Of a stretch of DNA of 64,000 nt, positions 27,306 through 36,754 are shown one piece after another. The notes beneath the pieces were generated by a model. That model was not told the DNA's origin. It saw nothing but the letters and a program-made list of their open reading frames with translations, and searched no databases. The stretch comes from a bacterium (GTDB lineage Bacteria; RBG-13-61-14; DATKZS01). The DNA lies in NCBI GenBank assembly GCA_046484135.1, contig JAWOBU010000269.1, forward strand, positions 401-64,400, written 5' to 3'. Positions within the stretch are counted from its first letter, which is position 1, and each line of letters opens with the position of its first letter. Position numbers and translations under genes: made by a program.

Positions 27306-28565
27306 TTAAATAGCCTTGACCCGCTCCAGGATAATAATGTTCATGGCCGCTTCCTCGACCCCGATGTTGCCGCCGCCGTTCTCGCACATGCCGATCCTGG
27401 CGTTCTCAACCTGTCTTTTGTCCGCTTCTCCTCTGAGCTGCCAGACCAGCTCGCACACCTGGCCAACACCGGTGGCCCCTACCGGATGGCCCTTGCTCTC
27501 CAGTCCTCCCGAAGTGTTCACCGGAATTTTTCCATCCAGAGCGGTGGCCCCGGACTCGGAGAACGGGCCGCCTTGGCCGAGGGGACAGAACCCCAGTCCT
27601 TCCAGCGCCCGGAGTTCGCCAAACGCGGTGGCGTCGTGCACCTCGAGAACGTCCACGTCCTCCGGCCCCAGGTCGGCCATCTCGTAGGCCCGGGAAGACA
27701 GCCTCTCTCCCAGGTCGGGGGCGTTCATGTCCCGGTCCATGCCGGAGCCCAGCACCGCGGCCCTGACCTTGACCGGCTTGGTGGATATGCCCATCTTCTT
27801 GAGACCCGCCTGGGTGCAGAGGATGACCGCGGCCGCGCCGTCCCCCACCGGCGAGCACATGGGCCGCGTCAACGGATACGATATCTCGGGCGCCGCCAGC
27901 ACCTCCTCGACCGTCATGGGCTCCCGGTACTGGGCATAAGGGTTATACTGGCTGTTGGTGTGGTTCTTGGCGCTGATGATTGCGAACTGGCGCTGGGTGG
28001 TCCCGTACTTGTCCATGTGCATGCGCGCGGCCATGGCGTAAAGGTCCATGAAAGCGCTCCGCTTGCCCTTGCTCTGCTTGGCCTCGCCGCCTTCGCTCTC
28101 GCGCTTCTTCCGGGACTCCTCCTCGTTCCGGCCGGCCATCTTCATGATCATCTGCACCACGTCCTGGTCCATGGCGGCGGAGAACAGGGAAAGCCGCTTC
28201 TCCCGGTCCTCCAGGTACATCTTCTCGAACCCGAGAGCCAGGGCCACGTCCTGGATACCGAGCGCCAGGTTCATCCAGGCCACCTGGAAGGCGGTGGCCG
28301 AGCTGGCGCAGGCGTTCTCGAGGTTGAAAACCGGAATGTCGCCGATGCCCATGGCCCTGAGCACCACCTGGCCCCGGATGGACTCCTGCCCGGTGGCTAT
28401 CCCCTGGAAAGCGTTTCCCACCGCGGCCATCTCGATCTTCGACTTGTCTATGTCCGCGTGCTCGCATGCCTTGTCCACTGCAGTCTTGGAAAGCGACTTT
28501 ATGGACTCCTCCTGCCACTTGCCGAACCTGGTCATACCGGCGCCGATTACGTATACCTTTTCCAT
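27306..28565 (-). CDS. SCP-x-type (nonspecific lipid-transfer protein-like) thiolase / propanoyl-CoA C-acyltransferase
   Basis: MEKVYVIGAGMTRFGK…NLENACASSATAF… is typical of the SCP2-thiolase subfamily. A GGAGGA RBS precedes it. Confidence 0.85.
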   Translation of the reverse strand: MEKVYVIGAGMTRFGKWQEESIKSLSKTAVDKACEHADIDKSKIEMAAVGNAFQGIATGQESIRGQVVLRAMGIGDIPVFNLENACASSATAFQVAWMNLALGIQDVALALGFEKMYLEDREKRLSLFSAAMDQDVVQMIMKMAGRNEEESRKKRESEGGEAKQSKGKRSAFMDLYAMAARMHMDKYGTTQRQFAIISAKNHTNSQYNPYAQYREPMTVEEVLAAPEISYPLTRPMCSPVGDGAAAVILCTQAGLKKMGISTKPVKVRAAVLGSGMDRDMNAPDLGERLSSRAYEMADLGPEDVDVLEVHDATAFGELRALEGLGFCPLGQGGPFSESGATALDGKIPVNTSGGLESKGHPVGATGVGQVCELVWQLRGEADKRQVENARIGMCENGGGNIGVEEAAMNIIILERVKAI

Positions 28566-28637
28566 GGTTCATCCTCCGACTGTACTCTTGCTTTTACCAC
28601 GAGGTTAACCCTTTCGCAACGGCCTTTCCCGCCTTGT

Positions 28638-29393
28638 CTATAAAGCCTTCACCGTCATTCCTCCGTCTATCACCAGCACCGCTCCGGTTATAAAAGAGGC
28701 CTCCGGTCCGGCCAGGAAAGCCACGGCGCCGGCCACGTCCTCGGGCTCGCCCAGCCTGCGGAGCGGTATGCCCTTTTTGCACTTTTGCCGGAACCTCTCG
28801 TCAGCCAGAAGAGGCGCCAGCATGTCGGTGTTGATGGGCCCGGGACAAAGCGCGTTCACGGTGACCCCGTAGCGGGCGAGTTCTACGGCGTTGGACCTCG
28901 TGAGCCCTATCAAACCGGCCTTGGAAGAGCTGTACACCGGCACCAGGCCGGAGCCCCTTATGCCTTCCACCGATGATATGTTCACGATCCTTCCGCGGCC
29001 GCTCTCCTTAAGATATGAAGCAAAAGCACGGGTCATGCGAATAGCTCCCGTGAGGTTCACCTTGAACACCTTGTCCACGTCCTCGTCGCTCACCGACTCG
29101 ATGAAACCCGCCGCGGAAATGCCGGCGTTGTTCACCAACACGTCCAGGCCGCCCAGGAGCTTTTCGCACTCTTTGGCCAGAGCATCCACCCGTCCCTGGT
29201 CTGACACGTCCGAGGGAACCGTATACGCGTCCCCTCCCCTCTTTCGGACTTCCTCCGCGGTCTGCTCCGACCGCTCGGGGAGAACGTCACTCACCAGGAC
29301 CCGCGATCCCGCCCCCGCCAGCCGCAATGCTACGGCCCGGCCGATGCCGGAACCAGCTCCCGTAACCAGAGACCTCACCCCTTCAAGGTCCAA
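28638..29393 (-). CDS. SDR family oxidoreductase (3-oxoacyl/3-hydroxyacyl reductase-like)
   Basis: TGAGSGIG Rossmann motif, …NNAG…, and a Y…K catalytic region. The probable start is the TTG at 29391-29393 behind an aaggaggagg RBS. The track ORF extends further upstream to 29501. Confidence 0.75.
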   Translation of the reverse strand: MDLEGVRSLVTGAGSGIGRAVALRLAGAGSRVLVSDVLPERSEQTAEEVRKRGGDAYTVPSDVSDQGRVDALAKECEKLLGGLDVLVNNAGISAAGFIESVSDEDVDKVFKVNLTGAIRMTRAFASYLKESGRGRIVNISSVEGIRGSGLVPVYSSSKAGLIGLTRSNAVELARYGVTVNALCPGPINTDMLAPLLADERFRQKCKKGIPLRRLGEPEDVAGAVAFLAGPEASFITGAVLVIDGGMTVKAL

Positions 29394-29616
29394 CTTTTCC
29401 TCCTCCTTTTCATTCACGCTCTCCACTCGAGCCGCTTTTTCCTCTCTACCTCTCCTGAAGTTAAAAGTATATGCGGCAAACCACAAAGGCGGCATAACCA
29501 ATCTACCCGCGTCATCTTTACCCTATCAAAAGTACGGCCCGCAGACCAGGGTCCGACAAGTATGCTTGCGAATCCAAGGAGAAGGATTAAGATTATAAAA
29601 CAAGGAACCTTTCAGA

Positions 29617-30717
29617 ATGATCTACTATCTTGTGTTCGGCGTGAGCGTGGTGGCAGTGCTCCTGGCGGTGGGAATTCCCGCGGTTACGAAGCTGGTCCGA
29701 ATCCCGGCCCGCGTCCGGCTGCGGCCGGTAAACGACAGCGAGCTTTCCGACCAGGCCCGCTCTTATTTCGAAAGCGTTGATGACGAGGCCCTTGCTGTCG
29801 GGTTTCAGCATGAGCTTGACTTCGTTCTTTCCGGACACATGACCGCGAACGAGAACCGGCTTTATTACCGGCCGTCGGAGGGGACCATGCTGGTGGTCTC
29901 TCTGCAAAGCTCGGGGAGCCGCTCGGTACGGCTTTTCGAGCTCATCACCACCCTCTCCGACGGCACCGAGATCACCACCACCAATGCGCCCGTGTCGCTG
30001 GTTTTTGAAGAGCCTCCCTGGCAGGACATAAAGAGGCTCCCGAACGTCTCCCGGCTGGAGAGTCTTTATAACTCGCACAAAAGCCGCGTTGCAAAGAGCA
30101 GTGCCGGTATCCGCTACCCAGAGGAGGATCGGCTCCTGGAAGAGATTGCCGATTCCCAGGCGCGGCTTCTCAAGCACCAGGTGGAAGCCGGACTTTTCCG
30201 GGAGGACGAAGAGAGCGGCATGTATGTGGCGACCTATAAGGTGGCCCTCCGGAGCGTGGCCAACATCCTGAACCCTTTTACGGAGGAGTTCACCTGGGGC
30301 CGGTTTGCCGTGGGGGTCGGAGGTTCTCTGGGACTGTACCTCGGTGGGTTGGTTATCGCCCGGGAAGCGGGGCTATCCGGCTTTCTCCGCGATTTTCTTT
30401 CGGGGGCAACCGAAGGCCAGGTGGTGTTTGTGGTGTTCGCGCCCTGCTTTGTGCTGGCGGGCCTGGTGGCGGGCTTTGCCTTCACGAGAAAGGGGTTCCT
30501 GTGGGGGTTTCTGGTAAGCTTGCCCGCCATCCTGGTGGCGGTAGGCTTTCAGCCGGACCTGTCCCACCCCATCTTTTACTCGCTCATCTCCGCCCAATCA
30601 GGGAGGACGGCAAACGTACTGGGGGCCGCCCGCAGGGAGAGCTCGAGGCAGGCCGCCAGCACCACTTTGCTGGTTCTGTTTTTCCTTCTGGTGGTGGGCT
30701 ACTATTATTTGACCTGA
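29617..30717 (+). CDS. Hypothetical membrane protein (366 aa)
   Basis: An N-terminal TM helix, a ~200-aa soluble segment, and C-terminal multi-TM segments. I recognise no domain. Confidence 0.5.
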   Translation: MIYYLVFGVSVVAVLLAVGIPAVTKLVRIPARVRLRPVNDSELSDQARSYFESVDDEALAVGFQHELDFVLSGHMTANENRLYYRPSEGTMLVVSLQSSGSRSVRLFELITTLSDGTEITTTNAPVSLVFEEPPWQDIKRLPNVSRLESLYNSHKSRVAKSSAGIRYPEEDRLLEEIADSQARLLKHQVEAGLFREDEESGMYVATYKVALRSVANILNPFTEEFTWGRFAVGVGGSLGLYLGGLVIAREAGLSGFLRDFLSGATEGQVVFVVFAPCFVLAGLVAGFAFTRKGFLWGFLVSLPAILVAVGFQPDLSHPIFYSLISAQSGRTANVLGAARRESSRQAASTTLLVLFFLLVVGYYYLT

Positions 30718-31318
30718 GTTTTCTATCCAGTCCACATCTCGACTTGCAACTTTCTGGAATAATTAGACATTATACGGCCGTTCGTGTATGGTTAAAAGTC
30801 TTTCCTTCTCTCCCAGATCAAAGAGCTGCCAAAGTTTCTCTTGGAGGTGAGGTGCGGGGTCAGTTCTTTACAATTAAGTTTATGTAGGTCTTGAGACGCC
30901 ATACTTTAGAACAGCAGCAGTTATCTTTGGGAGTGCGGTGGCTTGCCGCCGCTTTGTGTCAGGGAGCTTGCTCCCGGTTGCCTTTCTTCCAGCTCCAACG
31001 GAGCGCCGTATATTAGCCAGGGGTTTTAACCCCTGGAAAAATGGGTATGGTTATGGCGCGTCCTGAAGGGACGCTGGAGTCCGTGGGATCGCGGGCGTCC
31101 CTGTCTGCGTGCGGACACGCACAGGCAGGCCGCCCGCTCTTGTTCTGCGGCCGAGACGGCCGCGTTCCCGGCCATTCTCCGCCGTCCCTTTGGGACTTGA
31201 GATGCTGGTCTTGATCGTGTCTGGAAGTCGCTCGCACAGGGGAGATGGGAGGAAACGCAACGGCGCTATGACGCAAGGGAAGAAGGAATATATTTTCAGC
31301 TAACGGAACAAAGACATA

Positions 31319-31340
31319 TCGCGACTGAAGTCGCTCGCAC
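31319..31340. repeat. Rep-3 REP-like repeat copy (a partial copy also at 31224-31237)
   Basis: The sequence here is tcgcgactgaagtcgctcgcac. Confidence 0.5.
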
Positions 31341-31383
31341 TAAAGTCATGTTGAAAAAAAGAACCGTTGCGGCGTTGTGTCGT

Positions 31384-31480
31384 TGCGTTTAGAGCCAGGC
31401 TGGTGCTTGGCGGTCCCGGGGGAATTTTGCCAGGCTTCCGCCTGGCGGTCCCGGGGGGAGTTGCGTTTGGAGCCAGGCTG
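31384..31480. repeat. GC-rich degenerate tandem repeats (gccaggctNNNNcNNggcggtcccggggg units); a related copy at ~31650-31740
   Basis: By eye there are three consecutive ~40-nt units, each ending in ggcggtcccggggg. They are not CRISPR-like, having no unique spacers of fixed length. Confidence 0.5.
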
Positions 31481-31487
31481 TGCTTAT

Positions 31488-31540
31488 GGTGGGAGAGACC
31501 TCCAGGTCTCGATTATCGTGAGCAGGAGCTCACTCCCACC
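31488..31540. repeat. Rep-2 core: a 53-nt cloverleaf-like structured repeat (outer stem ggtgggag/ctcccacc enclosing three hairpins)
   Basis: ggtgggagagacctccaggtctcgattatcgtgagcaggagctcactcccacc. The second copy at 55591-55642 differs by a compensatory pair in the third hairpin (gTgagc…gctcAc versus gCgagc…gctcGc). Confidence 0.6.
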
Positions 31541-31834
31541 CGGATAGGCTATGCAGGCGGCGAGAAGCCGCAGGATGAAACCATCCTGTGCCAATGGCAC
31601 CCGGATAGACGAGCTATCCGGGCTACCGATCCATCCTGCGCTTTTTTCAACCGCCAGGCTGGAGCCTGGCGCTCCCAGGTTTTTTTGCCGGGCTCCCGCC
31701 CGGCGGTCCGGGGGGCAGGGCTCAGGCCCTTTCAACCAACTTCATCCTCACAACATCTTCCCTGAATATCCCTCCTGAAGCCTGCGCATGATGATAAGGC
31801 GGCTTAAAAGATCGCGTCTTTTCATGCTCGTAAC

Positions 31835-34800
31835 ATGACTTCAAAGTACTCGGAGCCGGTCGCGGAGAGCGCGTCCTGTTTATTCATTTCCAATGCCTCT
31901 TATAAAGGGACTTTGACACCTTCACCGCCTCCACCTAAAATGTCCTCGCAAGGAGGCTCCATGAGCTTTTACGCTGATCTTCATATCCATTCCAAGTACT
32001 CGCGGGCCACGAGCCTGGAGTGCGACCTCGAGCACCTGGCGTTGTGGGCGGCCAGGAAAGGCATCGCGTTGGTGGGCACCGGCGACTTCACCCACCCGGC
32101 CTGGTTTGCCGAGATCAAGGACAAGCTGGTGGCCGCGGAGCCGGGTCTGTTCCGTCTTCGCGACGACATTAATCGCGAGGTCTTCAAAACGGCTGACACG
32201 GTGCCCTCCGTGCCGGTGCGGTTCATGCTCACGGTGGAGATATCCACCATCTACAAGCGCGGCGACTACACCCGCAAGGTCCATCACGTGATCGTGTGCC
32301 CGGACCTCGAGTCCGCGGGCCGCTTCCGGGAAAGCCTCGACCGGATCGGCAACATCAGCTCGGACGGCCGGCCCATCCTGGGCCTGGACTCGCGGGACCT
32401 CTTGGAGATCACCCTCGAGACGGGCGGCGACAACTACTTGATCCCTGCCCATATCTGGACGCCGTGGTTCTCCGTGCTCGGCTCCAAGTCGGGCTTCAAC
32501 TCCATCGAGGAGTGTTACGGCGACCTGTCTTCCCATATCTTCGCCCTGGAGACCGGGCTATCATCGGACCCGCCCATGAACTGGCGGCTCTCCGGCCTCG
32601 ACCGCTACACCCTGGTGTCCAACTCCGATGCCCACTCGCCGGCCAAGCTGGGCCGGGAGGCCTGCGTGTTCGAGTGCGACCCGGACTACTACTCGATTCG
32701 CAAGGCCATGGAGACGGGCCACGGCTACCAGGGCACCGTCGAGTTCTTCCCCGAAGAAGGCAAGTATCACATGGACGGGCACCGCAAATGCCGCGCCTGC
32801 CTGGAGCCGGGCGAGACCCGGTCGCGGGACGGGGTGTGCCCGGTGTGCGGCAAGCCGGTTACCGTGGGGGTCATGCACCGGGTGGAGGCGCTGGCTGACC
32901 GGGCCGACGGTGCCAGGCCGGAGAACCCAGACCCCTTCCGCAGCTTTATCCCCCTTGACGAGATCATCTCCGAGACCTTGCAGGTAGGTCCCAAGAGCAA
33001 GAAGGTCATGAGAGCCTACGAGTCCATAGTGGCGCGGCTGGGGCCGGAGCTTGATATCCTCGAACAGGTGCCGATAGAAGACATAAAAACCGGTGGCTCG
33101 ACCCTGATCGCGGAGGCTGTCTCAAGAATGCGAGAGGGCCGGGTCATAAAGCAGGCGGGCTACGACGGCGAGTATGGAGTGATAAGGCTTTTCCAGCCCG
33201 AAGAGCTCGAATGTCAAAGCAAGGGCGGGCTCCTGTTCGAGCTCCCGGAGGCGCAGAAAGAGCCCCGCAAAAAGCAGAAGGAGAAGAAAGCCGCAAAACC
33301 GGCAAGCAAAGGAGAAGCTGAAAAGCGAAAGACAGAAAAGGCGCAGCCCGAAACCGGGGTTGCTAGCGGAACAGCCTCGGAGCCCGGCACAGGCGTTCTT
33401 GCGGGACTGGACCCCGACCAGGCAGAGGCCGCCCGAATCATGGAAGGACCTCTGCTTATCCTGGCCGGACCCGGCACCGGCAAGACGCGTACGCTTACTC
33501 ATCGCATCGCTGCACTGGTCTCGGATAAAGGAGCGGACCCCGACTCCTGCCTGGCGCTCACCTTCTCGAGACGGGCGGCCTTCGAGATGAAGGAAAGGCT
33601 GGAGGTGCTTCTGCCTGAGACCTGTTCACAAGTGCCGGTCATGACCTTCCACGCCCTGGGTCTGTCCATCCTGCGCGAGCACGCGGACAAGCTGGACATT
33701 CCCCGCAGGTTCGCTGTCATGGGCGAACAGGAAAGGGTGGAGCTTTTGGCCGCGGCCGGCGGGTGGAGCGAGTCCAAGGCCCGGAAGCTGGTCTCGCGCA
33801 TCGCCCGGCAAAAGCGCACCGGCGAGGCGCCTGCGCCGGACAGCGAGTTCAGCTCTGCTTACGAGCTTTATGAAAAGGAGCGGAGCTCGCGCGGTCTGGT
33901 TGATTTCGAGGACCTGGTGGGACTCGCGGCGTGGCTTTTGGAGTCCGATCCCGGTGTTTGCGCCGACTACCGGGAGCGATTTCAGTGGGTGTCGGTGGAC
34001 GAGTACCAGGACGTGGACGAGCTCCAGTACCGGCTGGTGCGCGCGCTTTGTCCTTCGGACGGCAACATCTGCGCGATCGGCGACCCGGACCAGGCGGTGT
34101 ACGGTTTCCGGGGCTCGGACGTGCGTTTCTTTCTGCGCTTTCAGGAGGACTTCCCCGGCGCCCGCGTGGTCCGGCTCAGCCGGAACTACCGTTCGAGCCG
34201 GAACATCCTGGACGCGGGTCTGCAGGTGATCTCGGAGTCGGAGCTTTGCCTGGAGCGGTCGCTGGAGCCTCTGCTGGAGGACCCGTCTCGAGTGGCCATC
34301 CATGAAGGGGCCACCGAGCGCGCCGAGGCCGAGTTCGTGGTCCAGTCCCTGGAGCGGATGCTGGGCGGGCACAGCTTCTTTTCCATTGACAGCGGCCGGG
34401 CGGAGGAGGACGAAGGCAAGGATTATACCTTCTCCGACTTCGCTGTACTCTATCGCACTGATGCGCAGGCGGCTCCTTTGGTGGAGGCACTAGACCGGTC
34501 GGGCATCCCCTTCCAGAAGCGCTCGCATGAAAGGCTCATGGACAGGCCGGGCGTGCAAAAGCTCACCGAGCTTCTTCGGCAGGAGGAGCGCGGCAGACCG
34601 GTTTCCGAGCTGATCGGGGAGGCCGCGGAAAAAGCGAAAGAGCTAACAGAGAGCTTTTCTTCTGGAGAGCCGGAGGCGAAAGAAGAAGATTTTTCAGCGG
34701 AGCTGAACAAGGCGGTGGAGCTTTTGTCGCTCCTGGCGGACAAGTGGGACCGGGACCTGGCCGGGTTTTTGGCCGAGATATCGTTGGGCGCCGAGGTTGA

Positions 34801-35158
34801 TACGTGGGACCCGCGTGCGGAGCGGGTCTCGCTTTTGACGCTTCACGCGGCCAAGGGCCTCGAGTTCCGGGTGGTCTTTATCACGGGCTGCGAGGACGGG
34901 CTTCTGCCGCTCCGGTGGAAAAAGGAGGACGACTCGAACATCGAGGAGGAGCGTCGGCTCTTTTACGTGGGAATGACCCGGTCGAAGGAAAGGCTTTTTT
35001 TAAGCCGGGCCGTGAAAAGAAAGATCGGCTCCGCTTACCGCAAGCTCGGTCCTTCCCCGTTTTTGAAACAGATCGAAGAGCGGCTTCTGGAGAGGATCGA
35101 GTCAAAGCCGCTGCCGAAGAAGGAGAAGCCCGCCGCGGAGCAGTTGGACCTGTTTTGA
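31835..35158 (+). CDS. Fusion protein: N-terminal EndoQ-like PHP-domain nuclease with Zn ribbon, plus C-terminal UvrD/PcrA-like superfamily-1 DNA helicase (1107 aa)
   Basis: The N-terminus FYADLHIHSKYSRATS… and …LIPAHIWTPWFSVLGSKSGF…SNSDAHSP…CRAC…CPVCGK match the PHP/TIGR00375 (EndoQ-type) pattern. The C-terminal half carries Walker A LAGPGTGKTRTLTHRIA, VDEYQDVD, and VGMTRSKERLFLS helicase motifs. A Lys-rich linker joins the two halves. Confidence 0.75.
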   Translation: MTSKYSEPVAESASCLFISNASYKGTLTPSPPPPKMSSQGGSMSFYADLHIHSKYSRATSLECDLEHLALWAARKGIALVGTGDFTHPAWFAEIKDKLVAAEPGLFRLRDDINREVFKTADTVPSVPVRFMLTVEISTIYKRGDYTRKVHHVIVCPDLESAGRFRESLDRIGNISSDGRPILGLDSRDLLEITLETGGDNYLIPAHIWTPWFSVLGSKSGFNSIEECYGDLSSHIFALETGLSSDPPMNWRLSGLDRYTLVSNSDAHSPAKLGREACVFECDPDYYSIRKAMETGHGYQGTVEFFPEEGKYHMDGHRKCRACLEPGETRSRDGVCPVCGKPVTVGVMHRVEALADRADGARPENPDPFRSFIPLDEIISETLQVGPKSKKVMRAYESIVARLGPELDILEQVPIEDIKTGGSTLIAEAVSRMREGRVIKQAGYDGEYGVIRLFQPEELECQSKGGLLFELPEAQKEPRKKQKEKKAAKPASKGEAEKRKTEKAQPETGVASGTASEPGTGVLAGLDPDQAEAARIMEGPLLILAGPGTGKTRTLTHRIAALVSDKGADPDSCLALTFSRRAAFEMKERLEVLLPETCSQVPVMTFHALGLSILREHADKLDIPRRFAVMGEQERVELLAAAGGWSESKARKLVSRIARQKRTGEAPAPDSEFSSAYELYEKERSSRGLVDFEDLVGLAAWLLESDPGVCADYRERFQWVSVDEYQDVDELQYRLVRALCPSDGNICAIGDPDQAVYGFRGSDVRFFLRFQEDFPGARVVRLSRNYRSSRNILDAGLQVISESELCLERSLEPLLEDPSRVAIHEGATERAEAEFVVQSLERMLGGHSFFSIDSGRAEEDEGKDYTFSDFAVLYRTDAQAAPLVEALDRSGIPFQKRSHERLMDRPGVQKLTELLRQEERGRPVSELIGEAAEKAKELTESFSSGEPEAKEEDFSAELNKAVELLSLLADKWDRDLAGFLAEISLGAEVDTWDPRAERVSLLTLHAAKGLEFRVVFITGCEDGLLPLRWKKEDDSNIEEERRLFYVGMTRSKERLFLSRAVKRKIGSAYRKLGPSPFLKQIEERLLERIESKPLPKKEKPAAEQLDLF

Positions 35159-35240
35159 AACATTCCGCTATATAAAAAGCCGGGAGCGGAAGCGCACGGC
35201 CTCCGCTCCGGGGAAGGTATACAAAGTAGAGCTCGAAAGC

Positions 35241-36029
35241 TCAGCGTTCCGGTCGGGCGCGGTGGTGCCGCATGCGGGAGCCGGGCCAGGCTTTAAGATA
35301 CGAGTGCTGGCCTGTGATGTCCTCAATGGTGTAGTCCACCACCTGGTCCCAGTTCTCCTCCCGGTCCTTCAGTATCCGCTTCATCTCTTTCAGCTTCTCC
35401 TCCAGCCGCTCGATCCTCTCCTTGTTGTTTTCATGCTGGATCTTGAGCTCTTTTTCCACCAGGGGCCGGAGCTCTTTCTCGATCTCCTTTTCCCGGCTCT
35501 CGCTGTCAGTAGTGCGGTACTCCTCGGCCAGCTCGCGGATTCTGGTAAGCCGCTCATAACGCTCGGGGTCGGTCTGTTTGATCCGCTCCAGGTGCCTGCC
35601 GCGGCCCATACCGGTTCCGGCCGCTCCCATGGAACGACCCGTGCGTGGGCGCTCTCCGGCAGCACGTCCTTTCCCGTCCCGGTCGCCGCGGCGCGCCATC
35701 CAATCATGGTGCCCGTCACCGCGCATCCGGCCATGGCCTTCCGGGTGAGCCATCCTTCCATGACCGCTGCCCACTCCAGCATCCATCAGACCGCTCCCGT
35801 CGCGACGATGGCTACGCACTCCCTTTCCAGAACCATTGCCTTCACGAGGGGAGTCCATGCCGGCAAAGAGCGGCAAGTCGGAGCTGAACTCCTCCTGAAA
35901 AGATTGGCCTTTCACGCCGGCCTTTGCTTTATCGAGCCTGTCCGCGCTTGTCTTGCCCAGATAGGCGAAGCCGCCTATCGTCAACGTCAGCACCGCCATG
36001 CCCACTATCATCCATGCCAGTTTTTTCAT
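35241..36029 (-). CDS. Periplasmic Gly/His/Arg/Met-rich protein with C-terminal coiled coil (possible metal-binding / Spy-ZraP-like stress protein)
   Basis: N-terminal signal anchor, a …HPEGHGRMRGDGHHDWM… segment, then a charged helical C-terminus. It is the last gene of the ECF sigma / anti-sigma operon. Confidence 0.4.
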   Translation of the reverse strand: MKKLAWMIVGMAVLTLTIGGFAYLGKTSADRLDKAKAGVKGQSFQEEFSSDLPLFAGMDSPREGNGSGKGVRSHRRDGSGLMDAGVGSGHGRMAHPEGHGRMRGDGHHDWMARRGDRDGKGRAAGERPRTGRSMGAAGTGMGRGRHLERIKQTDPERYERLTRIRELAEEYRTTDSESREKEIEKELRPLVEKELKIQHENNKERIERLEEKLKEMKRILKDREENWDQVVDYTIEDITGQHSYLKAWPGSRMRHHRARPER

Positions 36030-36079
36030 TGTTTTGCTCCTTTCATATTAAGTCGGTTTCATGTTTAAAAAAGCCCGCT

Positions 36080-36754
36080 TCAGTAGTCCTCCGGATATGA
36101 CTCGGCAAGGCCCATCTCATACTCGAGCTCGTTTACGGCCACCTCTATATCGTCAACCGCGGAGGCCTCCACAAACACGTAGTCCAGAACTTCATCCTGC
36201 GCATCCGCGGTTTCATTCTCCGACGCGGGGGTTTCCTGCTTTTCGGGCTGGGCTTCGGTGTAATGTTCCGCGGTGTCTCCGCCTAAAAGCAGGGCCTCTT
36301 CCCGGTACATCATCTGTTCAAGATCATCTATCTCCGTCTCCATTGCGACCAGGTAGGAAGGTACCTCGGATTTTTTCCGCGCTTGTCGGACATCAGAAGC
36401 GCGGTCCGTGAAGAAACTCTGATTTATAATGAGTGCAAGGGCCAGCACCAGCACGGCCGCCGCGGGGACCAGCACCCGCGGATTCGAGAAGACCCCGCCA
36501 AAAATGGATTTAATGGCCCTTCTTTGTTTACGTTTTGCCTTTTTCCGGACCGCGGCCACGGAAGTTTCCGAGGGGATGTCCCACGCCTCGCCGGTGGCGG
36601 CCCTTACTTCGCCTATCATGGAAAGGTAGGCCCCGCAGGCCGGGCAGTCCCGCACGTGCGCGGCGATGGCCGCGTCCGGGGACTCTCCATAAGCGAAAAG
36701 CAGAAGGTCGCCGGTGGAAACCTTGTCACAGCCGTGCTCGTAAAACGGTTTCAT
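36080..36754 (-). CDS. Zinc-binding anti-sigma factor (ZAS-type, single TM, acidic periplasmic domain)
   Basis: HVRDCPAC (HxxxCxxC) motif, one TM helix (…AAAVLVLALALII…), and a 4-nt overlap with the sigma factor gene. Confidence 0.65.
   Translation of the reverse strand: MKPFYEHGCDKVSTGDLLLFAYGESPDAAIAAHVRDCPACGAYLSMIGEVRAATGEAWDIPSETSVAAVRKKAKRKQRRAIKSIFGGVFSNPRVLVPAAAVLVLALALIINQSFFTDRASDVRQARKKSEVPSYLVAMETEIDDLEQMMYREEALLLGGDTAEHYTEAQPEKQETPASENETADAQDEVLDYVFVEASAVDDIEVAVNELEYEMGLAESYPEDY

Noticed and set aside
27225-28643. 472-aa plus-strand ORF
   Set aside because: It is antisense to the well-supported SCP-x thiolase gene.
30900-31350. Possible RNase P RNA, tmRNA or SRP RNA in the 1.1-kb non-coding region
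   Set aside because: I found none of the universally conserved primary-sequence blocks: the RNase P P4 GGAAAGTCCGG…ACAGAAA, the tmRNA GGTTCGATTCC T-arm with resume-codon region, or the SRP GGAAGCAGCCA domain IV. I left it as an unexplained structured region.
31384-31740. Possible CRISPR array, suggested by the repeated ggcggtcccggggg units
   Set aside because: The units are degenerate, spacers are not of uniform length or unique character, and there are no cas genes nearby. They fit GC-rich tandem or minisatellite-like repeats better.
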